Source of the DNA: Pseudomonadota bacterium
Lineage (GTDB): Bacteria; Bdellovibrionota; FAC87; UBA2466
DNA length: 64,000 bases
Reading direction: 5' to 3'
Assembly: GCA_043718025.1 (NCBI GenBank)
Contig: JAYSWN010000188.1
Span: 1-64,000, forward strand
Under the pieces are notes generated by a model. The model was not told the DNA's origin. It worked only from the letters and a program-made list of their open reading frames with translations, and made no database searches. The translations under genes and the position numbers were made by a program. Below are positions 9,929 to 17,922 of the stretch, piece by piece (position 1 is the first letter of the stretch; each line of letters begins with the position of its first letter).

Positions 9929-10800
9929 GCCAATTAAAAAAGCTTAACCTGTCTGTGCTCGCTTACGATGGCCCGATGGCGAGGATATATCTCGAAGTTT
10001 TGAAAAATGAAGGGTTCGTTCCTGAACACGTTTGCTTAATGGTACAGCGCCGTTGGTTTCCGGCGGGCCGAATTCTGAGTTGGCTGCCCCAATCCTACGT
10101 TCAGCGACTGGCCAAGTGGCGCCAAGCTACGGCGATAAACCATTGGCCACGGCGTTTACTGCCGCTAGCCCATTACCAAGAAACACTGGAAGGGCTTAAC
10201 CAACTTTATCCCGACGCCACCAAGATTTTTGCGAGGGCGTACCAAAAATTTTCGTTTTCGGACTTCGGTGCCAGCTATTCCGAGGTGGTAACCGACGGCT
10301 ACCAAGATCCCTCCCTAGTTGATCGGATTAACAAGCTTCCGGGCAAGCACCTGCTTTTTACGGGGGGGGGAATTGTGCCCGAAAAACTGCTGACCAGGTC
10401 GAACAAAAAATTTGTGCATGTGCACCCTGGTTTTTTGCCGGAAGTGCGTGGCGCCGACGGGCTCTTGTGGTCAGCCCTTTCGCGCGAAAAGCTGGGCGCT
10501 TCGGTATTTTTTTTGGATGCCGGGATTGATACCGGCGAAGTGCTATACCGCCAAGAAGTGACCCCAATTGCGCTGCCGCTGCCGCTTAATGAAACCAGTG
10601 ACAACAACCTCTACCGTACCCTCTTCAGTTTCTATGATCCCTTGCTGCGGGCCGTCACGCTGACCAACTTCCTAATGCGGCACCCCGAAATCACCAACGT
10701 TACCCCAACCCCGCAGGCAACCGATATCGGAACCACCTTTCATTTCATGCACCCCCGCGTTCGCGCCGCGGCGCTGCAAAAACTCTTTTTCTCCGCTTAA
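9925..10800 (+). CDS. N10-formyl-THF-dependent formyltransferase family protein
   Basis: HVHPGFLPEVRG, ASVFFLDAGIDTGEVL; start at GTGA overlap 9925 (ORF track 9907). Confidence 0.8.
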   Translation: MSQLKKLNLSVLAYDGPMARIYLEVLKNEGFVPEHVCLMVQRRWFPAGRILSWLPQSYVQRLAKWRQATAINHWPRRLLPLAHYQETLEGLNQLYPDATKIFARAYQKFSFSDFGASYSEVVTDGYQDPSLVDRINKLPGKHLLFTGGGIVPEKLLTRSNKKFVHVHPGFLPEVRGADGLLWSALSREKLGASVFFLDAGIDTGEVLYRQEVTPIALPLPLNETSDNNLYRTLFSFYDPLLRAVTLTNFLMRHPEITNVTPTPQATDIGTTFHFMHPRVRAAALQKLFFSA

Positions 10801-10845
10801 GCTTCTTTGCCTTACCGACGATAAATAAACAATAGGTGGTCGACG

Positions 10846-11103
10846 ATGAAATGTTCCTTTCTCGCATTAATTTTTATTGCGCTGTGGCAATCTGATTCAG
10901 CTTACGGCTACATTGACCCGGGTCCTAGTCACCTCATCATGCAGTTTCTCGTAGCAATCCTGGCGAGTAGCGCTTTCTTCATCCGACGCATTTTTACTTT
11001 TGTAAAAACTGCCATGTCCAAACCCAAAACTAAAAACTCAGCAAAAAAAGCCGATGGAAAAAGCACAAAAAAAAACGAAAAGGTCCCGCGCAAGGCCGCC
11101 TAA
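10846..11103 (+). CDS. Small membrane protein: signal peptide, YIDPG motif, one TM helix, Lys-rich tail
   Basis: RBS AGGTGG; hydrophobic N-terminus ending SAYG, then YIDPGPSHLIMQFLVAIL, basic tail. Confidence 0.75.
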   Translation: MKCSFLALIFIALWQSDSAYGYIDPGPSHLIMQFLVAILASSAFFIRRIFTFVKTAMSKPKTKNSAKKADGKSTKKNEKVPRKAA

Positions 11104-12832
11104 TCGCTTAAAGGGCTTGTTAACCGCCCTTTCATCGCTTTTCTCCGACCGACTCAATGCAGCGGCCGCTTTTTCGCTCGCCCATCTACTATTTCTACGC
11201 CTCTGGATCGATCACGCTATTCCGCTTGAGAATGCCTATTTTGACTACACCCGTAAAAATGCCTCGTGGCAAAATTTGGCGGGGCTGTGGCTGGCCGCCC
11301 TGGTTTTATTTGTGCCGCTAACGTACCTCTTCGCCTGCGCCACCCGCACCACAAAAACGCTTGTCGCCAAAAGCGCGGCGTGGACGATCGTCCTGCTATT
11401 TCTGGCGCAGGCCATTTTAATTTGCAACGTCATGGGGCAAACCGGCACGGATCCGTTTCACTCAAAAAATCTTTTTTTTGGATCGCTTTCTGCAGATACC
11501 TTATGGCTCATCTTAGGCCAAAGTACCTTGCTGCTGTTATGGGCACTTCTACGGCACTCGCTTAGATTGATTCTGGCTACCCGCATGGCTCTCGTGCTCA
11601 TTGCCCCCTTCCCTTTTTTTATATCTGCGCAAATTTTGGCTGACCTCTTCAATTCTCATCCGCGCTCATCGCTGGCTGGCGAGGTGACTCCTCCCACTGA
11701 AAAAACCAAACTCAACCGTACCGTGGTGATAGTTTTTGACGAACTGGATTACCATTTGGTCTTTGAGAACGAAGCCAAACTTTCCCAATACCCTAACTTT
11801 TTGCAATTCAAGAAACACAGTCTTTCGGCCACCAATGCGTTGCCGCCCTCACAAAACACCTTGCTTACCCTGCCTTCGTATTGGTTCGGCAAAAACGTGA
11901 TTGCGTTGAGCGTAAAATCGCGGGAAGCGCCGCAGTTTATGTTTTTTGGAGAAACAAACGACCGCGGACTGGCCTCAGCGGGGCAACTTTTTTCTCAAGC
12001 CGCCGGGTACGGGGCCAACACAGAAATTGTGGGGTGGGCACACCCTTACTGCGAATTATTTGGACGACAAGTAGCGCGTTGCCTTCAGTCTTCGTATCTA
12101 GAGCCAAATAATGGCGCCGGGGTGGGCGACTCTTTCGTGCAGGCAATCAAACGATCTTCAGAGGTACTCTCACTAATGGGGATCAGCGAGCCCACCATGG
12201 TTCGCCGCGCTCATCTTGAGGTTTACCAACTTTTTTTAGAACGCGCCCTGAGCGCCGTAGGAAATGCTTCGCGAGATCTGGTTTTTCTTCACCTTCCCGT
12301 TCCCCATGAACCCACTATCTACTCTCGCGCAACAAAAAACTTTGTCGCGGGCGGGGCCCTCGTCGATGCCTCCTACGATGACAATGTCGCGCTGGCCGAC
12401 GAAATGCTGGGTTTACTCAAGCGCGAAATGCAGACGAGAGGGCTGTGGGAAAGCACCAGCGTACTTTTAGTTTCCGATCATGCCTACCGCCACACGGCGA
12501 GAGGCGAGTCGGGTGGCGATCAGAACAATCGCTTTAGAGTTCCCTTTTTGCTAAAGCCCGCGCTAACCGAACCTCCCGCCGCAACTTACGAACTGCCTTT
12601 TTCAACCCGGGTGGTTGGGCCTCTGACGCTGCAATTACTAACTGGAAAAACGCTCACGATTGATTCAATACGGACTTGGCTTAATCAACAAAGAGGCTTC
12701 GATCGTGCGTTTATCACCGCCGCCTACGCCGGGGGCAAAAAGCGGTGCCTCCACCATCCCTTCACCTCCCAACCCGAGCTTTTTTCAATGCGCACCGAGT
12801 TTGACCCTGACTGCGCCCGCACTAATCGCTAA
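11054..12832 (+). CDS. Membrane-anchored alkaline-phosphatase-superfamily protein (LtaS/EptA/sulfatase-like)
   Basis: About 5 N-terminal TMs; VIVFDEL, NTLLTLPS (Thr nucleophile position), FLHLPVPHEP, YDDNVALAD, VSDHA, VPFLLK; true start may be TTG 11117. Confidence 0.75.
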   Translation: MEKAQKKTKRSRARPPNRLKGLLTALSSLFSDRLNAAAAFSLAHLLFLRLWIDHAIPLENAYFDYTRKNASWQNLAGLWLAALVLFVPLTYLFACATRTTKTLVAKSAAWTIVLLFLAQAILICNVMGQTGTDPFHSKNLFFGSLSADTLWLILGQSTLLLLWALLRHSLRLILATRMALVLIAPFPFFISAQILADLFNSHPRSSLAGEVTPPTEKTKLNRTVVIVFDELDYHLVFENEAKLSQYPNFLQFKKHSLSATNALPPSQNTLLTLPSYWFGKNVIALSVKSREAPQFMFFGETNDRGLASAGQLFSQAAGYGANTEIVGWAHPYCELFGRQVARCLQSSYLEPNNGAGVGDSFVQAIKRSSEVLSLMGISEPTMVRRAHLEVYQLFLERALSAVGNASRDLVFLHLPVPHEPTIYSRATKNFVAGGALVDASYDDNVALADEMLGLLKREMQTRGLWESTSVLLVSDHAYRHTARGESGGDQNNRFRVPFLLKPALTEPPAATYELPFSTRVVGPLTLQLLTGKTLTIDSIRTWLNQQRGFDRAFITAAYAGGKKRCLHHPFTSQPELFSMRTEFDPDCARTNR

Positions 12833-12903
12833 TTTCTGGCGATTTTGCTTTCCTAATAAAACAGATCTAGGCACGCCCCGTCATTTCGCAGTAGGATTCT
12901 GCC

Positions 12904-14310
12904 ATGTCATCTAGTCTTAATACGCGAGGTAGGCTGAAAACCTGGCTCTTTTACCTTGTTATGGTGACCCTCTCGATTGGAATTTTTGCCCTGATCAACC
13001 AACGCGGAAAAATGCTAATGGGGCCAGAAGCCATCGCTCGTATCGCGGGAGGCGAAGGGCACGCGCAGATCAATTACCTTTTGCAAATTCTGTTGGCGCT
13101 TTCGGTGGTGATCGTGATGGCGAGGGCGATGGGGGCGCTATTTTCGCTACTTGGCCAACCTAAAGTGATCGGCGAAGTGGTCGGTGGAATTTTACTAGGC
13201 CCCTCTTTTTTGGGGTCAATCTCGCCAAACCTATACGGTTTTTTGTTACCCCCGGCCGCCGCCCCTTTCTTAGGGCTGATTGCTCAGCTTGGTGTCATTT
13301 TTTATATGTTTGTGGTGGGGCTAGAGCTTGATCTCAAAGTGCTCAAACGCAGTGGGCACGTGGCACTGGCTATTTCTCATGCGAGCATCGTGGTTCCTTT
13401 TTTGCTGGGTGCCTTGCTTGCCCTTGGCATTTATAAACGGGTGGGCCTGCCTGAAGTGAGCTTTACCAGCTTCGCCCTCTTTCTTGGCGTATCGATGTCG
13501 ATCACCGCCTTTCCCGTGCTGGCCCGTATTCTCACCGATCGAAAAGTAAATAAAACTAAGATGGGCACCATCGCCCTGACTTGCGCAGCGGTGGATGACG
13601 TGACCGCCTGGTGTTTGCTTGCCGTGGTGGTAAGCGTCTCGCAAGCCAAAATTGGCGGCGCCATTCTCACCCTAATTCTTACCGCGGTTTACATTACGGC
13701 CATGTTCGTTCTGGGTGGCCCCTTAATTCGCCGGCTGGTACCGTGGTTAGAAAAATTTGATCGGCTTACCGAGGGGGGGGTCGCCATTTTTTTTGTGGGC
13801 CTTTTGCTTTCGGCGTTGGCTACCGAAGTGATCGGCATTCACGCTATCTTCGGTGCCTTTCTGCTGGGGGCGATTACGCCGCACGATAGCCGTGTGGCCA
13901 AAGAGCTTACCGATCGCATTGATGACTTGGTGAAAATTATGTTTTTACCGGCCTTCTTCGCTTTCACCGGAATGCGAACCCAAATTGGGCTACTGCATTC
14001 GGCGGACGACTGGATGCTCTGCGGGCTAATTATTTTAGTGGCGACGGTAGGAAAATTTGGCGGAACATTCGTGGCGGCTCGCCTTACCGGCCTTAATACG
14101 CGCGATTCCGCTTCGCTCGGAATTTTAATGAACACCCGCGGGCTGGTTGAACTTATCGTGCTTAACTTAGGTTTAGACTTAAAGATCATCTCGCCTCAAT
14201 TATTTACGATGTTGGTGATCATGGCGCTGGTAACCACCTTTATGACGTCGCCCATTCTGCACTTGCTTACTCGCCACCACCCCTGGGAGAACCCTAGGTT
14301 GAAGCCTTAG
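12904..14310 (+). CDS. Cation:proton antiporter, CPA2 family
   Basis: GQPKVIGEVVGGILLGPS, FVVGLELD, SITAFPVLARIL, AAVDDVTAW, MNTRGLVELIVL. Confidence 0.93.
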   Translation: MSSSLNTRGRLKTWLFYLVMVTLSIGIFALINQRGKMLMGPEAIARIAGGEGHAQINYLLQILLALSVVIVMARAMGALFSLLGQPKVIGEVVGGILLGPSFLGSISPNLYGFLLPPAAAPFLGLIAQLGVIFYMFVVGLELDLKVLKRSGHVALAISHASIVVPFLLGALLALGIYKRVGLPEVSFTSFALFLGVSMSITAFPVLARILTDRKVNKTKMGTIALTCAAVDDVTAWCLLAVVVSVSQAKIGGAILTLILTAVYITAMFVLGGPLIRRLVPWLEKFDRLTEGGVAIFFVGLLLSALATEVIGIHAIFGAFLLGAITPHDSRVAKELTDRIDDLVKIMFLPAFFAFTGMRTQIGLLHSADDWMLCGLIILVATVGKFGGTFVAARLTGLNTRDSASLGILMNTRGLVELIVLNLGLDLKIISPQLFTMLVIMALVTTFMTSPILHLLTRHHPWENPRLKP

Positions 14311-14358
14311 CCACCATTGAAATCATTAGCTTTTTAGCCACCCCCGGGCCCTCAGTTT

Positions 14359-14374
14359 GGGCACTGCTTTTGCA
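14359..14374 (+). promoter_or_regulatory. Putative sigma54 -24/-12 promoter
   Basis: GGGCACTGCTTTTGCA = GG-N10-GC, upstream of ATG 14412; IHF-like AATCATTAGCTTT at 14321. Confidence 0.6.
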
Positions 14375-14411
14375 ATTTCTAAGCAAGCAACCTAACGAGG
14401 ACACAGCTAAG

Positions 14412-14894
14412 ATGAAGCAACTACAGGTACTATTTGCGTTCGCCACCCTTCTGCAAACCGCCTACGGCAAAGACAGTTTACGTGTCTTAGTCACCGCGAG
14501 ATCCACCCGGGTTCCCGTGGTTTCGTGTAGTCTCACGCCTGAGTCTCAGCCACCGAAGATTGAGAACGACGTAATGAAATTTAAGGCCACCATCAATGGC
14601 TACATCGGTCCGGTGAGTTGGCGCATTCCCATTTATCAAGGGCAAAATGGCGAGACCGACGTTGCCGTAAACCGTGTGGGCTCGCTAACGCCGAACGAAG
14701 ATGGCTCTTTTCCCATCGAACTTTTTGCCGACGACGTAATCAAGGCCAGCGCCAAAACAAAACTCTATTTAGAGGTGCGGGCGCAATCGGGCGAAGTGGC
14801 TTTTTGTGACACGTCACTTGAAGCCCCTCGACGAGCCACGGCAAGTTTGCCCGAAAAAGACTTGCTGATCGTAAACGGCAGCCTGGGCGAATAA
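14412..14894 (+). CDS. Hypothetical secreted protein
   Basis: RBS GAGGA then MKQLQVLFAFATLLQTAYG signal peptide; ORF track start 14370 likely too far upstream. Confidence 0.65.
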   Translation: MKQLQVLFAFATLLQTAYGKDSLRVLVTARSTRVPVVSCSLTPESQPPKIENDVMKFKATINGYIGPVSWRIPIYQGQNGETDVAVNRVGSLTPNEDGSFPIELFADDVIKASAKTKLYLEVRAQSGEVAFCDTSLEAPRRATASLPEKDLLIVNGSLGE

Positions 14895-15010
14895 CCATAG
14901 TTTGCGCCCAACTTTGCGATGTGGGTCTCTTCATAATTCAACCGCACTTTGCGCTGAACTCTCCTTGCCGAACCAACACTTCTCACCCAAAAACTCCTTA
15001 ATTTGGAGAG

Positions 15011-16246
15011 ATGGGGTACTCAAAAGTCTCGTTAGCCTTGTCTGCATTGGCTCTAGCGGTATTTAGCGCGCCGGCATTTACCGCCGATACCTGTCCCTCC
15101 GCAAACGCTATCACCTCTAAATGGGATCTGTGGGCGCGGGGCACCTGCCTGCGTGGCGCTAACCTTTGGCAAAAGGTGATCGACGCGGACATCGACGGCA
15201 ATGAGCTGGGCAACGAAGTGGTAGGCCCAACCTACGATCAGGCCAACCTAAACCGCCTGGCCGCCACCGGCGCCAATTACGCCAATCTCTCTTTTCCTGG
15301 CCTCATGGCTGAAAAACCAAACGCGAAAGGACAATACGTCTGGCGCGAAGACATCGCGGTGTACTTAGATAAATTGATTGAACGAGCTCGCCAGGCCGAC
15401 CTATACGTTGTGATCAGTTTTCGTACGGGGCCGGGGCGCAGCGAATCTGGTTTCGGTGATGATGCCAGTGCCGACCATTCCGTTTGGAAAGACTCGCGCC
15501 CGCAAGCGGCGTGGGCCCAGATGTGGAAGAAAACGGCCGCCCGCTACCGCAATCACGCTAACGTAGTTGGTTACGATTTGATGGTTGAGCCGAATGCCAA
15601 CGACGTGCTTTTAAAAATTTGGGAGCCCGATACTTTTTTTAAGAAATATAAGAACACCACTTACGACTGGAACCCTTTTGCTCGCAAACTGATCGCCGAA
15701 ATCAGAACCAACGACAAAGAGACCCCGGTGCTCGTCGGCGGCATGAACTACAGCAGCCTCGACTGGCTAACGGCCACCGAAGCCACGGCCGATCCCAAAG
15801 TGGTTTACGCCGTCCACAACTACGAGCCTACCAACTACAGCCACCAGATTGCTAGGAGCGGCGTAACCTATCCCGGTAACTTTTCTCCCGATGGAGACTC
15901 CCCAACCACCGTGGATAAAAAATGGCTCGCCAAAAAACTGAGTGTCATTTCGCAATTTCAAGGCGCGCGTCGGGCCCCGGTGGCCGTGAATGAGTTTGGG
16001 GCCATGCGCTGGGCCCGCGGCGCCGATCAATATTTTAGAGACTCAACCGATCTGTTCGAAACCATGGGGGTCAATCACGCGGTCTGGCTGTGGGAAACCT
16101 CACTCAAAATTAGCTGGGATGAATTCAATTTTAAATACGGCCCCAGCGCCAAGTCGCACGCCGATGTGAACAACAGCGCCCTTTTGCAGGCAATTCGCAC
16201 AAACTGGTCGCGCAATCACTTGCGCCCCTCGCAAACTCACTGGTAG
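15011..16246 (+). CDS. Secreted glycoside hydrolase family 5 (cellulase family)
   Basis: Signal peptide; LRGANL, VVGYDLMVEP (acid/base Glu), VHNYEP, VAVNEFG (nucleophile Glu), VWLW. Confidence 0.82.
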   Translation: MGYSKVSLALSALALAVFSAPAFTADTCPSANAITSKWDLWARGTCLRGANLWQKVIDADIDGNELGNEVVGPTYDQANLNRLAATGANYANLSFPGLMAEKPNAKGQYVWREDIAVYLDKLIERARQADLYVVISFRTGPGRSESGFGDDASADHSVWKDSRPQAAWAQMWKKTAARYRNHANVVGYDLMVEPNANDVLLKIWEPDTFFKKYKNTTYDWNPFARKLIAEIRTNDKETPVLVGGMNYSSLDWLTATEATADPKVVYAVHNYEPTNYSHQIARSGVTYPGNFSPDGDSPTTVDKKWLAKKLSVISQFQGARRAPVAVNEFGAMRWARGADQYFRDSTDLFETMGVNHAVWLWETSLKISWDEFNFKYGPSAKSHADVNNSALLQAIRTNWSRNHLRPSQTHW

Positions 16247-16252
16247 TGGGGG

Positions 16253-17413
16253 TTACTTAGCAGAAAGGCGAGCCAACTCTTGTAGCCGGCGTTTGGTGTA
16301 GTCACTCCAAGACAAACTTTTTTCAACCGTGGCCCGGGCCTTAGTCCCCATCTCAAAAAGCGCCTCCTGGTTGTGAAAAGCCCATTCAAATTTTTCGATC
16401 AGCGCGTCACTACTTTTCGCGGCCACCACAAAACCGTTTTGCCCCGACTGAATCAGCTCTTCGCTACCGGTGTTAGCGCTACAAATCACCGGGCTGCCGG
16501 AAGCCATCGCCTGCAAAGCCACCTGGTTAAAGCCGTCGTGCACCGACGGCAAACAAACCACCGAAGCCCGGCTTAGCGCCCTTACAAAATCAATTCCTTT
16601 TTTCGGTCCGTAAAAGTTAATGCGCGAATCCGGCCAACGAGAAAGTAGCGACGCCATCTCGGCACTCACCGAGCCCACTAAATGCAGTTCGGCGTTTGGC
16701 TCTTTCCACTGACGAAAAGCCTCCAACAAATAAGCGACCCCTTTTTGTAGTGAAATATTTCCGGCGTAGAGAATGGTAAATTTGGGGGCCTTATTATTTT
16801 GCGGGGAGAAAAAATGAAGATCGGCAGCCAAGGGATGGTGCAAGAGTCGCGATGACGAAAACCCCTTTTGCACGAATGAGTTCAGCGCAAAACGGCTCGG
16901 CAGCGAAATATAGTTGGCGGCCGCGTACTCATTTTTCTCTTTTTCAATCATTTGCGGGTGCGTGCCCACAAACCTAAGACCGAAGCGCGCGTATTCGCTT
17001 TGCAACAACTCCTGCTGCACTTCAATGTGGGCGCTGTGCCGCTCAAGAATCGTTTTTTGACCCAACTCCCGGGCACGCGCCAAAGAACGCTCGGAATTTC
17101 CAGACCAGCCAATAAAAAAGTCAGCGCCGGCTTTTAGTCGCTCGGCCGCCGCGCGGTCAAACCAGTCATTAAAAAGAAACTGGCCGTTTGAGAGTTTGAT
17201 CACCTTCGAAAGCTTTTCGCGCGCCCGGCGCGCCAACTCAATTCGTGAAAGCGTCGTGATACCGGCCCCTTCCAACTTCCAGCGGCGCAAAAACCAACGT
17301 GGGTACGGGGTAATCAGTTGGTGTAGCGCCCCAGCGTTCTGCAGGGCGGCCGCAAATTCAAAAGCGTGAAACCTTCCGTTTACCGAAAGCGAGACTTTAG
17401 GAGTGGTGGGCAC
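16253..17413 (-). CDS. Glycosyltransferase family 4
   Basis: GRFHAF, LYAGNISLQKGV, LPSVHDGFNQVALQAMASGSPVI, NGFVV. Confidence 0.9.
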   Translation of the reverse strand: MPTTPKVSLSVNGRFHAFEFAAALQNAGALHQLITPYPRWFLRRWKLEGAGITTLSRIELARRAREKLSKVIKLSNGQFLFNDWFDRAAAERLKAGADFFIGWSGNSERSLARARELGQKTILERHSAHIEVQQELLQSEYARFGLRFVGTHPQMIEKEKNEYAAANYISLPSRFALNSFVQKGFSSSRLLHHPLAADLHFFSPQNNKAPKFTILYAGNISLQKGVAYLLEAFRQWKEPNAELHLVGSVSAEMASLLSRWPDSRINFYGPKKGIDFVRALSRASVVCLPSVHDGFNQVALQAMASGSPVICSANTGSEELIQSGQNGFVVAAKSSDALIEKFEWAFHNQEALFEMGTKARATVEKSLSWSDYTKRRLQELARLSAK

Positions 17414-17528
17414 AGGGGAATGTTATCCGATTTGTTTAAGTTTTCGTAAGGCCTATCTACGGTGCCTGCGAAGCTTCCCTTTACAAGGGGGGCCTCCTTT
17501 GGAATATTCGGTCCTCTCTTATTCATGT

Positions 17529-17604
17529 TCCCGGGTAGCTCAGTTGGTAGAGCAAGCGGCTGTTAACCGCTTTGTCGGGGGTTCGAATCCCTCCCCGGGA
17601 GCCA
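17529..17604 (+). tRNA. tRNA-Asn (GTT)
   Basis: TCCCGGG/CCCGGGA acceptor stem, TAGCTCAGTTGGTAGAGC D-arm, AGCGG-CT-GTT-AA-CCGCT anticodon arm, GGTTCGAATCC T-arm, encoded CCA. Confidence 0.97.
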
Positions 17605-17798
17605 TAACTTTTAAGGTTAACCTTAAGTTTAACCTTAACATTCCGCGGCGTAGCCGCTCTGGTGGGCCGGCCCGGGCCCGTTTCGAAATACCGAATTAGC
17701 CCCGAAAGCATTTTCCCCAAAGCCACTAAATGAAGCCTTCACGCCGCCCACCCACCCACCAAGGCGGTTCGAAAGTAGTCCACTAGGGGGAGCCATAA
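17597..17798 (+). repeat. 11-bp direct repeat GGGAGCCATAA (tRNA-Asn 3' end) at 17597-17607 and 17788-17798
   Basis: Seen directly; both copies are preceded by GGTTCGAA. Confidence 0.7.
17611..17638. repeat. Five TTAA units at 6-bp period including a perfect 16-bp palindrome
   Basis: TTAAGG TTAACC TTAAGT TTAACC TTAA; TTAAGGTTAACCTTAA is self-complementary. Confidence 0.8.
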
Positions 17799-17832
17799 AA
17801 AAGGAGTCAGCCACCACGCTGGCTCCTTTTTT
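17797..17832 (+). terminator. Rho-independent terminator (bidirectional form)
   Basis: AAAAAAGGAGTCAGC-CACCAC-GCTGGCTCCTTTTTT. Confidence 0.8.
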
Positions 17833-17922
17833 CGTTCACTACCCCCTAAATTAATGCAAGGCGTAATTCTGCTGGCGCAGCCTTCCCCCTTGCTGGTACG
17901 ACGGTTGGATTGGAGGGGTTTT

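Noticed and set aside
11054..12832. True arylsulfatase
   Set aside because: No C/S-x-P-x-R formylglycine motif; Thr occupies the nucleophile position
17720..17795. Second tRNA gene (GGTTCGAA ... GCCA)
   Set aside because: T-arm to CCA spacing is wrong and there is no D or anticodon arm; treated as an att-like remnant
17403..17817. Short ORFs overlapping tRNA-Asn (and 45517-45714 over tRNA-Val)
   Set aside because: Translations of tRNA sequence with no RBS or protein features
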